Shown here: piece by piece, positions 55,139 through 64,000 of the stretch | Position numbering within the stretch: the first letter of the stretch is position 1 | Layout: every line of letters starts with the position of its first letter | DNA from: Candidatus Latescibacterota bacterium | GTDB taxonomy: Bacteria; Latescibacterota; UBA2968 | DNA: 64,000 nt | Assembly (NCBI GenBank): GCA_965198115.1 | Contig: OZ240241.1 | Coordinates: forward strand, 3,106,935-3,170,934 | Reading direction: 5' to 3' | Made by a program: the position numbers and the translations under genes | The notes under the pieces: model-generated | What the model was told of the DNA's origin: nothing | Databases searched by the model: none | The model's input: the letters and a program-made list of their open reading frames with translations, nothing else

Positions 55139-56578
55139 ATGAGCGATCTAACGCTGACCGCCGGTGTGGATCGGATCGACATTACGCCGCCCGTCGGCTT
55201 CAGAATGCAAGGCGCGATGCGGCGAACCGAGGGTTCCGTCGGAATCGAGTCGCCCCTACTGGCCACGGTTCTGGTTCTGGCTGATGAACCCAAAGTCGTC
55301 ATCGTGGACTGCGATCTGATCGGGTTCGATCTCCCCCTCGCCGAGCGTATTCGGCAAACGATCGGTGATCGTGTCGGAACGCCACGGAGCCACGTGACCG
55401 TCGGCTGCACACACACGCACAACGGTCCGTGTACAGCTAGAAGCGCGCTTGGCGGGGTCCACGATGTGGGTGGCGAACCGGCCGAACGAGAGGCGTTGGA
55501 TGCCTACATCGAAAACCTGGTGGGTCAGCTGGCCGGCGTCGCCGAGCTGGCTGGCAAAAATCGACGACCCGCCCGAGCTGCCGGGGGGCGTGGACAGGCA
55601 CCCGTAGCGATCAATCGCGAGGAACTCAACGACGATGGACGCATCCTGGTCGGGCGCAATCCGGAGGGAACGACCGATCACAACGTGGACGTGCTTCGTG
55701 TGGACGATCTGGAGGGCCACCCGATTGCTGTGCTGACGAGTTATGCGGCCCATCCGGTGGTGATGGGCTACCACACCTATCTGCTCAGCTCAGACTACCC
55801 CGGCGTGGTCCGTCGGATCGTTGAACAGGTCACTGGAGCAACCTGCCTGTTCTTAACGGGTGCAGCTGGTAACCAGGCGAGTCTTTCGTTCCTTCAAAGC
55901 GATTGGGGCGAACAGGAGCGCATGGGCGGCCTGATCGGCTCAGAGGCAGCCAAGGTTTTCTTCGATATCGAGACGCGTCCCCACGAAGTGGCGCGAGAGG
56001 TCGACGTTTCCCTCTCAAACATCGCGCTCTACCACAAAGCATTCCACGACGGCCCGACCCATCGTCTCCTGAAAGTCGCCCACCGAGAGGTGTCGGTGCC
56101 CCTCCAGCCCCTGCCGTCGATAGAGGAGGCCGAAAAAGCTCTCGCCGAGGCCAGCGCCCACCGGCAGACACTCGAGGATCAAGGCGCACCGACCACGAAG
56201 ACCTACCCTGCCCGTCTGGTCGAGCGATGGGCTGAGGGTGTGGCCGAAAAGGTTCGGTCGGGTATGACGCAGGAAAGCTTGTCGTTCGAGATCGTTGGAT
56301 ACCGGCTGGACGAGTTCGTGCTGGTGGCCATGCCGGGCGAGCCATTCGTCGAAATCGGCCTGGGCGTCAAGCAGCGGTCGAAGGCCAAACACACGATGTT
56401 CGCCGGCTACGGCAACGGTGTCCTGGCGTATTGGCCGACGGCCGAAACGGTCGAGCAGGGAGGCATGGCGGTGGAGGCGTCGATCAAATCCTACAACATC
56501 TCCGCGCCGCCCGAGGCCGCAACGGTCGCCCGCATCGTTGACGCCTTCGGCGAACTCTTGAGCGATCTCGATTTGTAG
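55139..56578 (+). CDS. Neutral/alkaline ceramidase N-terminal-domain-like hydrolase
   Basis: ATG after GGAGGAAGGAAGG. AGVDRIDITPPVGFRMQGAM... and CTHTHNGP resemble the ceramidase_alk fold. The upstream part of the 633-aa track ORF is antisense to the peptidase gene. Confidence 0.6.
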   Translation: MSDLTLTAGVDRIDITPPVGFRMQGAMRRTEGSVGIESPLLATVLVLADEPKVVIVDCDLIGFDLPLAERIRQTIGDRVGTPRSHVTVGCTHTHNGPCTARSALGGVHDVGGEPAEREALDAYIENLVGQLAGVAELAGKNRRPARAAGGRGQAPVAINREELNDDGRILVGRNPEGTTDHNVDVLRVDDLEGHPIAVLTSYAAHPVVMGYHTYLLSSDYPGVVRRIVEQVTGATCLFLTGAAGNQASLSFLQSDWGEQERMGGLIGSEAAKVFFDIETRPHEVAREVDVSLSNIALYHKAFHDGPTHRLLKVAHREVSVPLQPLPSIEEAEKALAEASAHRQTLEDQGAPTTKTYPARLVERWAEGVAEKVRSGMTQESLSFEIVGYRLDEFVLVAMPGEPFVEIGLGVKQRSKAKHTMFAGYGNGVLAYWPTAETVEQGGMAVEASIKSYNISAPPEAATVARIVDAFGELLSDLDL

Positions 56579-56653
56579 CGTCGTTTTGTTGATCATCAGC
56601 CGGTATCGCCTTCGGTGCTTCAAACCCGAGCATTCTTTCGATAGAAGTGAGCT

Positions 56654-57781
56654 ATGAAGATCAAAAGCGTTCAGGCCTATCCATTGGAATACCCGGAGCC
56701 CCATTACAAGGGGATGATCCGATACATCACGCTTGCCCGGGTTGAAGCGGAAGACGGGACCGTCGGCTGGGGAGAGTGCATCTCACAATTCGCCGAGTCC
56801 TCGTTGGCCACGAAGATGATCATCGAGCAGGGATACGCGCCCCTGCTGGTCGGCCAGAACGCACTCGACGTTGAAAGCATGTGGCACAAGATGCTCGAAC
56901 GGATCTGGTGGTACGGGCCTGAAGGGATTGCCGCCTTCGGCGTCAGCGCCGTAGACGTGGCCCTGTGGGATCTCAAGGGCAAGCTGCTCGGATTGCCGGT
57001 CGCGAACCTACTCGGCGGTCGGCTTCACGACCGGGTCGTTGCCATGGCCTCGATCATATTCGACATGGAGAATTTCGACTGGACCCTCGACGAATTCCGC
57101 TGGATGGTTGACAACGGCTACACAGTCGTCAAAGCGGGATGGGGCATGCGCCCCGAAGTGGTCTTCGGAATGAACCGCCAGCAGGATATCGAAATCGTTC
57201 GACGCGTTCGGGAAGTGATCGGAGACGACCTCGACCTGATCGTCGATACACCCGGAGTCTGGAACATCTGGGACGTTCCGACGGCAATTCAACGTTTTCG
57301 GGATCTCGAACCCTACAATCTCAGGTGGATCGAACAGCCTCTGCTGCCGAGCGATCTGGAAGGGCACGCGCGCTTGCGGGCTGCTGTGGCGACGGCCATC
57401 GGGACGGGCGAGGACGAATGGAACGTCGAAAGCTACAAACGTCTCATTCAGTCTGGAGGAGTGGACGTGATTCAGATGGATCCCGGTCGCTGTCACGGTA
57501 TTACGGGGTGTCGGCACGTGATCAAACTGATCGAAGCAGAGAACCTGCAATGGAGCGCCCATACCTGGTCGAGCGCCATCAACACGGCCGCCAGTGTTCA
57601 TCTGATGGCCAATTCGACACACGGCGCCGCCATGGATTTCAAACCGCACGAATCACCAATGCAGCACGAACTGGTCAGCGACCCGTGGGTACAAGAAGAC
57701 GGATACCTGGAAGTGCGTGACGCCCCTGGACTCGGGGTGAATGTCCGAGAAGACATCGTTGAGAAATATCTGTATTCGTAG
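56654..57781 (+). CDS. Enolase-superfamily (mandelate racemase/muconate lactonizing) sugar-acid dehydratase-like protein
   Basis: GWGEC, KAGWG, DLIVDTP, WIEQPL and GTGEDEW are consistent with the D/E/E metal ligands of MR-subgroup acid-sugar dehydratases. Confidence 0.8.
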   Translation: MKIKSVQAYPLEYPEPHYKGMIRYITLARVEAEDGTVGWGECISQFAESSLATKMIIEQGYAPLLVGQNALDVESMWHKMLERIWWYGPEGIAAFGVSAVDVALWDLKGKLLGLPVANLLGGRLHDRVVAMASIIFDMENFDWTLDEFRWMVDNGYTVVKAGWGMRPEVVFGMNRQQDIEIVRRVREVIGDDLDLIVDTPGVWNIWDVPTAIQRFRDLEPYNLRWIEQPLLPSDLEGHARLRAAVATAIGTGEDEWNVESYKRLIQSGGVDVIQMDPGRCHGITGCRHVIKLIEAENLQWSAHTWSSAINTAASVHLMANSTHGAAMDFKPHESPMQHELVSDPWVQEDGYLEVRDAPGLGVNVREDIVEKYLYS

Positions 57782-57799
57782 GAGGAATAGGAGCTGAGT

Positions 57800-58606
57800 A
57801 TGGGATCTCAATCAGCACGCAAGGCGCTCATCACCGGTGGAGCCAGCGGCTTTGGTCTGGCCACGGCGAGGGCGCTGCTGGAACAGGGCAACCAGGTGGC
57901 CATCGGTGATGTCGACACCCATCAGCTGGATAAAGCAGCCGCGGACCTGAACGACGAGAGACTTCTCGCATTGGAGCTCGACGTGACGTCCAAACCGTCA
58001 GCGGAAGCAACCGTCGCCGCGTGCGTCGATGCCTTCGGTGGTCTGGACACGTTGGTCAATTCGGCGGGCGTGCTCGATTTCGCGCTTCTGGACGACATCC
58101 AGGAGGAGAATTGGGACAGGGTCATCGACGTGGATCTGAAGGGGGTCTTCCTGTGCTGCCAGGCAGCTGCGCCGCACCTGCGGGACAGCGGCCGCAAGGG
58201 CCGAATCGTCAACATCGGATCCGACGCCTCCAAAATCGGTTGGCCGACGATTGCTTCGTACGTGGCAGCCAAGTTCGGCGTCGTCGGCCTGACCAAATCG
58301 TTCGCCGGCGAGTTCGCCCCTTCTGGTGCGACTGTCAACTGCGTTTGTCCGGCCGGCGTTTCAAATACCGGAATGGGCCGCTTCGTACTCGACTACAAGG
58401 AAGAACTGACGGGACAGGGGTCCGAAGAGATCCTGGCGGCGACGGCCGCGGAGATCCCGCTTGGGAGAAACCCGACAGTGGACGATGTGGTCAACGCGAT
58501 CCTATTTTTTCTTGCGGACACGTCTGATTTCCTCACGGGCGTGGCATTGGACGTCGAAGGCGGCCTGACCAGCACGAGGGCCGGCATTCCCGGGGAACGA
58601 GATTGA
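57800..58606 (+). CDS. Short-chain dehydrogenase/reductase (SDR)
   Basis: TGGASGFG cofactor motif, NSAG, and the YVAAK catalytic YxxxK. Confidence 0.85.
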   Translation: MGSQSARKALITGGASGFGLATARALLEQGNQVAIGDVDTHQLDKAAADLNDERLLALELDVTSKPSAEATVAACVDAFGGLDTLVNSAGVLDFALLDDIQEENWDRVIDVDLKGVFLCCQAAAPHLRDSGRKGRIVNIGSDASKIGWPTIASYVAAKFGVVGLTKSFAGEFAPSGATVNCVCPAGVSNTGMGRFVLDYKEELTGQGSEEILAATAAEIPLGRNPTVDDVVNAILFFLADTSDFLTGVALDVEGGLTSTRAGIPGERD

Positions 58607-58685
58607 ACTGATCGAATATCGATCCGCCTTCGCTAAAGCTTCGGCGGACAGGAAATCGAGAGTTGAAGAATTGAGGGATATTGCG

Positions 58686-59018
58686 ATGGAACGAGTTGCG
58701 TTTGTGATGAAAGCCAAAGCTGGCCACGAGGAAGAGTATGTGCGGCGTCACAAAGAGGTCTGGCCCGAGGTGTTGTCGGACATGAAAAAGGCCGGCATCC
58801 ACAAGATGAGCATCTTCATGCAGGGTCGTGAACTGCTTTTGTACATGGAAGTCGAGAATTACGCAGAGGCGGCGCGCGTGTTGGAGGACAGTCCTGAGTC
58901 CGCGCGCTGGGAAGAGTACATGGCTCCGATCATGGAGAATGCGGCAGGCGAGGCGTATGATCCGGACAATGCCTATCCGGATGGATTGCCAGAAGTCTTC
59001 TACTGGGAAGCGAGTTGA
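58686..59018 (+). CDS. rhaM: L-rhamnose mutarotase
   Basis: MERVAFVMKAKAGHEEEYVRRHKEVWPEV...ARWEEYMAPIM...LPEVFYWE aligns by eye along its whole length with the RhaM/YiiL family. Confidence 0.8.
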   Translation: MERVAFVMKAKAGHEEEYVRRHKEVWPEVLSDMKKAGIHKMSIFMQGRELLLYMEVENYAEAARVLEDSPESARWEEYMAPIMENAAGEAYDPDNAYPDGLPEVFYWEAS

Positions 59019-59056
59019 TCTCGGCAGCAGGGGACGCGAACAGCGGAGGATGAGCA

Positions 59057-59893
59057 ATGGATGAAAGCAAACTGGCCGGAGCCGCGTGGTCATTCGTCGG
59101 CACGGACCTCGTCGAATCAGCCAACATCTGGCGTGCGCTGGGGATCGAGTCCATGGACTTGCTCGCGATTCCGGGCGCGCCGATCGACGCCGAAGAGATC
59201 GACCGAGATCCGCAGGGACAGGCGCGACGATTCAAGGACTCGGGCATGAACCTGAGCAACCTGCTCTACCTATTCGGCGCCGATTTCGCCGATCGTGCTA
59301 TCAATTCGTCCGAAGCCTCGGTCCGGGCCAGGAACGTGGAATCCCTGAAGAACGTCCTGGACTGTTGCACGGCTGCCGACATCCCCTCGCTGCTGATTCT
59401 CCCTGGCGTTGACCAACCCGGAATGAGTCACGACGACGCCCTTACTCTATCGGCTGAGGTCATGACGGAAATGACGGCTCTGGCCGAAGAGGCCGGCGTG
59501 CTTCTGATTTTCGAGCCCCACGTGGAGTCGATTCTGGAGAGTCCAACCGAGACGTTGGCGTTCATGAGGGCCCATCCTGATCTGAAGATCGCGTTGGACT
59601 ACGCGCACTTCATCGCCCAGGGATATAAAACGTCTGATGTGGATCCTCTCGTGCCCTACACGGGCCATTTCCACCTGCGTCAGGGTGCCAACAAGCAGCT
59701 ACAGGCCCGATGGGAGGAAGGCGAGATCGATTTTGTGGATGTCGTGGGAAGGCTTCGGGAAGCCGGCTACGATGGGTATCTGACCCTGGAGTACGAACAC
59801 GAGCCCGCGTGGATGGACATGGACAAAGTGGACGTAATGACCGAAACCATCAAGATGCGCGACACGGTCAAGCCCCTGTTGCGGGAGAAGTGA
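59057..59893 (+). CDS. Sugar phosphate isomerase/epimerase (xylose-isomerase-like TIM barrel)
   Basis: LLIFEPH, LDYAHF, HFHLRQG and LTLEYEH are family-typical metal-ligand strands. Confidence 0.75.
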   Translation: MDESKLAGAAWSFVGTDLVESANIWRALGIESMDLLAIPGAPIDAEEIDRDPQGQARRFKDSGMNLSNLLYLFGADFADRAINSSEASVRARNVESLKNVLDCCTAADIPSLLILPGVDQPGMSHDDALTLSAEVMTEMTALAEEAGVLLIFEPHVESILESPTETLAFMRAHPDLKIALDYAHFIAQGYKTSDVDPLVPYTGHFHLRQGANKQLQARWEEGEIDFVDVVGRLREAGYDGYLTLEYEHEPAWMDMDKVDVMTETIKMRDTVKPLLREK

Positions 59894-59902
59894 GGTCAAG
59901 TC

Positions 59903-61006
59903 ATGTCCAACAAGGCCAGGATCGCGGTGATCGGTACCGGTTGGTGGGCAACATACGCACACATTCCGACGCTGAAAGCGCACCCTGACGCGGAGCTTGT
60001 CGCCATTGCCGACGTCCGGCCGGATATGCTGGGCAGGGCGGCCGAAAAGTATGCGATTGACGCCGCATACACAGACTTTCGTGAGATGCTGGAGAAGGAA
60101 TCTCTCGACGGGGCTGTCATCGCTGTCTGGCACGCCGCACACTACGAGGTAGCCCGCGCCTGCTTGGAACACGGCCTCCACCTCGTGTTGGAAAAGCCCA
60201 TGGTGCTTCACGCCGTTCAGGCTCGGGAACTGTGTGACCTGGCCCGGGATCGAAAGCGGGAAATCATTATGGGCTACCCCTGGCACTTCCTCACGATGAC
60301 AGCGCGGGCGCAGGAAGTGGTACAGTCAGGCGCGTTGGGCGATATCCACTTTGCGTCGAGCCTGTTTTCCTCCGCCGCCTACGACCTCTACCGCGGAGAG
60401 GACAACGCGGGGCTCCCCGAGATGGCCGCCGTTTACCCGATGACGGGACCGGGCGACGTCTACAGCGATCCGGCGCGATCGGGCGGCGGGCAGGGTCATC
60501 TCCAGGTCACGCATTCGGCGGCCCTGCTGTTCTTCATCTCGGGTCTGAAGCCGGTATCGGTAATCGCACAGATGGACAACCTGGATGTGCCGGTCGATGT
60601 GGTCGATGCATTCATCGTCCGAACGGACCAGGGTGCGCTGGCCACCGTGAGCAGCACCGGCGCGGTGGCAGGGGGCGATGGCAAACTTGACATTCAGATC
60701 TACTGCAAGAAAGGTTGGGTCGATCTGGACTACATCGAGGGCACGGGAACGATCCACCACGCGGATGGATCCGAAGAGAACCTGACGCCGGATTCAAACA
60801 GTGGCGACGTGAACTACGAGGATGTCGAGGGGTACATCTATCCCGCTCACGCCCCGGCTACCAACCTGGTGGAGATTATCCTTAAAGGTGCGGCTAACCG
60901 TTCACCTGCTGAAACAGGATGGCGTACGGTGGAACTGCTAGAGGCGGCCTACCGTTCGGCAGCTGCGGGCGGACGGGCAATTGATGTTGCTTCACTCTAC
61001 GAGTAG
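59903..61006 (+). CDS. Gfo/Idh/MocA-family oxidoreductase
   Basis: The N-terminus RIAVIGTGWWATYAHIPTL and the EKPM motif. Confidence 0.85.
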   Translation: MSNKARIAVIGTGWWATYAHIPTLKAHPDAELVAIADVRPDMLGRAAEKYAIDAAYTDFREMLEKESLDGAVIAVWHAAHYEVARACLEHGLHLVLEKPMVLHAVQARELCDLARDRKREIIMGYPWHFLTMTARAQEVVQSGALGDIHFASSLFSSAAYDLYRGEDNAGLPEMAAVYPMTGPGDVYSDPARSGGGQGHLQVTHSAALLFFISGLKPVSVIAQMDNLDVPVDVVDAFIVRTDQGALATVSSTGAVAGGDGKLDIQIYCKKGWVDLDYIEGTGTIHHADGSEENLTPDSNSGDVNYEDVEGYIYPAHAPATNLVEIILKGAANRSPAETGWRTVELLEAAYRSAAAGGRAIDVASLYE

Positions 61007-61052
61007 GTGACCTCAGACTCAATGGGATGACTCGCCTGTGCAAGCGGGACCT

Positions 61053-61685
61053 TCACCACGTTGAAGGCTTCTTGAAGCTTCCTTTTGAATCGCTAATTTC
61101 CTTTGGGAACTGAGATGCACCTAACACACCAGAACGAATCGGTCGCTGGTGTGTCGAGACCTGCTTAAGGGCTGGATGGAGCGTTCTCCTCGCGCCGGCC
61201 TGTCCGGTGGGATACAAAATCCACATCTCCTTCCCCAGGTTGTTCTTCACAACCCCCATCGGGTTCTTCAGATCAGAATCGTTCGTGACGACCACCGCGG
61301 CATCGAACCTGTCACTAAACCCATCGATAAGCAGATGCGTAGCTAGATTCACATCTGAGCCTTTCTCTTCGATTTTGACCACCTGAACGAACGGATTCTG
61401 GCCCTGCCCGGGCGCAGCAAGTTTCATTGTTGTGGGGTGGCTGGTGAAATTGCCCAGGATGATCTCGAGGTTCGGTATGGTATTGAGCGCCCGCGAGTAG
61501 ATGGTTTGTCGCGCTCTCTTGACACTACCGGTCACTCTCGCAGTGAAATACTTGATACCATCGATTTGGTAGTTCTCCGGCAAGAGAGCGACGAACATTC
61601 GGGAGATGTCCAGCCACCTATTGGGAGTGCCCTTCACCGACCCATAGTAGAGATTAAACCCGTCGACATAGCAGACGGTTTTCAA
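61053..61685 (-). CDS. NYN (LabA/PIN-like) domain protein
   Basis: TVCYVDGFNLYYG...EEKGSDVNLA...VVVTNDSDL matches the NYN-domain acidic-residue pattern. The gene is visibly AT-richer than its surroundings. Confidence 0.65.
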   Translation of the reverse strand: MKTVCYVDGFNLYYGSVKGTPNRWLDISRMFVALLPENYQIDGIKYFTARVTGSVKRARQTIYSRALNTIPNLEIILGNFTSHPTTMKLAAPGQGQNPFVQVVKIEEKGSDVNLATHLLIDGFSDRFDAAVVVTNDSDLKNPMGVVKNNLGKEMWILYPTGQAGARRTLHPALKQVSTHQRPIRSGVLGASQFPKEISDSKGSFKKPSTW

Positions 61686-61705
61686 GTAACCTCCTACATA
61701 AAAAA

Positions 61706-63125
61706 GGCTCTATCCGGGTTTCTCAACGGTGAAACTATAGAATGACAAGGTCATAGATCGTTCCCTACGCTTGGTTGTGTGTGTAGGACAATCAAAGCGA
61801 AGGGGGTGCGACCTATGACCGGGAGCAGATTACTATCGAAACTGCTGAGATTCAAGGGGTTCCGTGTTGTCAGCTGGTGGTTTGAGGGGAGAAGCTGCTT
61901 CGTCATCGCCGTAAAGCCACATAAGAATGGTTGTTGTTGTCCGGAGTGCGGCCGTCGAGGTAAAATCGTCCGCACAATGCCCCATCCGCGTCGGTGGCGT
62001 GACATTCCGGTGTGCGGGTGGAGGGTCTGGCTTCTCTACCATCCTCGGGAGATTCGGTGTCCTACCCACGGTCGTGTGGTCGAGGAGATTCCGTGGGCGG
62101 AGCGGTTCTCTCGGGTGACGTATCGCTTCGAGTATGCCATGCTGCGCTACTGCCAGACCATGACGCAGAAGGCGGCGTCCGAGTTACTGCGCATCTCTGC
62201 CTCGACGCTGTCGGATCTCCTTCACCGATCCATCACGCGGCTTCGTGAAGGTCATCGTATCCGAGGGCTCAAAACCATCGGAATCGACGAGATCTCCTAC
62301 GCCAAGCGTCACAGGTACGCCACGCTCGTTTACGATCTGGACCGCTCCTGCGTGGTGTGGGTTGGCCGCGGCAGGGCGCGTAAAACGATCGATCGGTTCT
62401 TCACAGAGGCTCTCAGTCCCTACCGGAGATCCAAGATCGAGTGGGCCTGCTGCGACATGAGCGAAGCTTACATCGGAGCCATCCAGGAACACTGTCCGAA
62501 TGCCAAGCTGGTCCTCGATCGCTTTCACATCGTCAAGGCTCTCAATGCCGCCGTTGACGAGGTCCGTAAGGACCAGTGGCGTAAAGCTGCCCCGGATGAG
62601 CGCAAAGCCATGAAGGGCCTCCGATGGCTCCTCTACCGGCACTCAGCGACACGCTCCAGAGGGGATACTCGGACACTCGAAGCACTGGAGAAGGCGAACT
62701 ACCGAATCTATAGAGCCTGGAGACTCAAGGACGAGTTCGAGCAGTTCTGGGAATACAAAGCGCCCTGGGCTGCCGAACGCTTCCTGAAATGCTGGACGAC
62801 GTCCGCACTCAGAAGTCGACTTGAACCCCTGCGAAAGTTCGTCAGGACCCTGCGACAGCACTTCTTCGGCGTCCTCGCATTCGTGAACACGCGTCTTACC
62901 AACGCCATCGCCGAAGGCCTCAACCGAATCGTCCAAATCGTCAAGAACCGAGCCAGCGGATTCCGCACACTCGACGCATTCAACGATATGATCTTCCTTA
63001 CCGTCGGAGACATAAACATCCCTGAGCAGATTCCGAAGAGGTTCCGCACACTCTAACCGCGCCCCCATGCCAGGAACCACGGCACCTTCACCCACTTCAT
63101 CTCGTTGAGAGATCCGGATATAGCC
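61706..63125 (+). mobile_element. ISL3-family element, copy D (1420 bp, apparently intact)
   Basis: Same IRs as the other copies. TSD ATAAAAAA at 61698-61705 and 63126-63133. The left end lies 20 bp from the NYN gene start codon. Confidence 0.9.
61779..63056 (+). CDS. ISL3-family transposase (full-length 425-aa allele)
   Basis: Uninterrupted ORF with C-terminus ...RTLDAFNDMIFLTVGDINIPEQIPKRFRTL. Confidence 0.9.
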   Translation: MCRTIKAKGVRPMTGSRLLSKLLRFKGFRVVSWWFEGRSCFVIAVKPHKNGCCCPECGRRGKIVRTMPHPRRWRDIPVCGWRVWLLYHPREIRCPTHGRVVEEIPWAERFSRVTYRFEYAMLRYCQTMTQKAASELLRISASTLSDLLHRSITRLREGHRIRGLKTIGIDEISYAKRHRYATLVYDLDRSCVVWVGRGRARKTIDRFFTEALSPYRRSKIEWACCDMSEAYIGAIQEHCPNAKLVLDRFHIVKALNAAVDEVRKDQWRKAAPDERKAMKGLRWLLYRHSATRSRGDTRTLEALEKANYRIYRAWRLKDEFEQFWEYKAPWAAERFLKCWTTSALRSRLEPLRKFVRTLRQHFFGVLAFVNTRLTNAIAEGLNRIVQIVKNRASGFRTLDAFNDMIFLTVGDINIPEQIPKRFRTL

Positions 63126-63133
63126 ATAAAAAA

Positions 63134-64000
63134 GGCTCTATCCGGGTTTCTCAACGGTGAAACTATAGAATGACAAGGTCATAGATCGTTCCCTACGCTT
63201 GGTTGTGTGTGTAGGACAATCAAAGCGAAGGGGGTGCGACCTATGACCGGGAGCAGATTACTATCGAAACTGCTGAGATTCAAGGGGTTCCGTGTTGTCA
63301 GCTGGTGGTTTGAGGGGAGAAGCTGTTTCGTCATCGCCGTAAAGCCACATAAGAATGGTTGTTGTTGTCCGGAGTGCGGCCGTCGAGGTAAAATCGTCCG
63401 CACAATGCCCCATCCGCGTCGGTGGCGTGACATTCCGGTGTGCGGGTGGAGGGTCTGGCTTCTCTACCATCCTCGGGAGATTCGGTGTCCTACCCACGGT
63501 CGTGTGGTCGAGGAGATTCCGTGGGCGGAGCGGTTCTCTCGGGTGACGTATCGCTTCGAGTATGCCATGCTGCGCTACTGCCAGACCATGACGCAGAAGG
63601 CGGCGTCCGAGTTACTGCGCATCTCTGCCTCGACGCTGTCGGATCTCCTTCACCGATCCATCACGCGGCTTCGTGAAGGTCATCGTATCCGAGGGCTCAA
63701 AACCATCGGGATCGACGAGATCTCCTACGCCAAGCGTCACAGGTACGCCACGCTCGTTTACGATCTGGACCGCTCCTGCGTGGTGTGGGTTGGCCGCGGC
63801 AGGGCGCGTAAAACGATCGATCGGTTTTTCACAGAGGCTCTCAGTCCCTACCAGAGATCCAAGATCGAGTGGGCCTGCTGCGACATGAGCGAAGCTTACA
63901 TCGGAGCCATCCAGGAACACTGTCCGAATGCCAAGCTGGTCCTCGATCGCTTTCACATCGTCAAGGCTCTCAATGCCGCCGTTGACGAGGTCCGTAAGGA
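63134..64000 (+). mobile_element. ISL3-family element, copy E (partial; continues beyond the window), head-to-tail with copy D
   Basis: The IRL starts immediately after the 8-bp ATAAAAAA spacer. The sequence is co-linear with the other copies to the window end. Confidence 0.9.
63207..64000 (+). CDS. ISL3-family transposase (5' part; runs off the window)
   Basis: Same start context as the other copies (IS start + 73 nt) and open to the window end. Shares the YQRSK variant with copy C. Confidence 0.8.
   Translation, partial: MCRTIKAKGVRPMTGSRLLSKLLRFKGFRVVSWWFEGRSCFVIAVKPHKNGCCCPECGRRGKIVRTMPHPRRWRDIPVCGWRVWLLYHPREIRCPTHGRVVEEIPWAERFSRVTYRFEYAMLRYCQTMTQKAASELLRISASTLSDLLHRSITRLREGHRIRGLKTIGIDEISYAKRHRYATLVYDLDRSCVVWVGRGRARKTIDRFFTEALSPYQRSKIEWACCDMSEAYIGAIQEHCPNAKLVLDRFHIVKALNAAVDEVRK

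Noticed and set aside
31625-64000. The repeated ~1.4-kb units as a segmental duplication, or the short conserved ends as a CRISPR-like array
   Set aside because: Each unit has terminal inverted repeats, a transposase ORF and its own 8-bp target duplication at unrelated loci. There is no short-repeat/spacer periodicity anywhere in the window.

Overview
GC-rich bacterial chromosomal segment. I cannot assign a phylum from sequence alone. The gene content (sulfatase, GH4, TPR-GWxTD protein, Y_Y_Y sensor kinase, ISAzo13-type transposase) is reminiscent of PVC/FCB-like or candidate-phylum genomes. The first ~17 kb is an ordinary, tightly packed, mostly minus-strand block: GH4 glycosidase, TIM-barrel isomerase, coaX, birA, sulfatase, nucleoside hydrolase, a large orphan protein, a TPR-GWxTD protein, nadC and uvrB. 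From ~17.8 kb onward the window is heavily colonised by insertion sequences. I count 13 IS copies from 7 distinct elements in 5 families: one IS200/IS605; three near-identical IS256-like copies, one divergent sibling and one frameshifted mutator-type element; five ISL3 copies including two head-to-tail pairs; and one IS630-like element carrying a nested ISAzo13-like element. By my coordinates they make up about a quarter of the window. Most have perfect 8-bp target duplications. Several split genes whose halves rejoin in frame once the IS and one duplication copy are removed (a TM-helix membrane protein, a sensor kinase hit twice, a SAM methyltransferase, nitrite reductase nrfA), so the transposition looks recent. 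Other content: a decaying sensor-kinase array, a metallophosphoesterase-PQQ-propeller fusion, a TPP enzyme, nrfHA, an M24 peptidase, and a deoxy-sugar/sugar-acid cluster containing L-rhamnose mutarotase. The best candidate for an uncharacterised functional system is a minus-strand gene string (34679-39958): PhyH-like dioxygenase, large polytopic membrane protein, two DUF1538-like membrane proteins, and a small PII-like protein. I found no rRNA, convincing tRNA or CRISPR array. All functional calls come from reading the translations; no database search was run.
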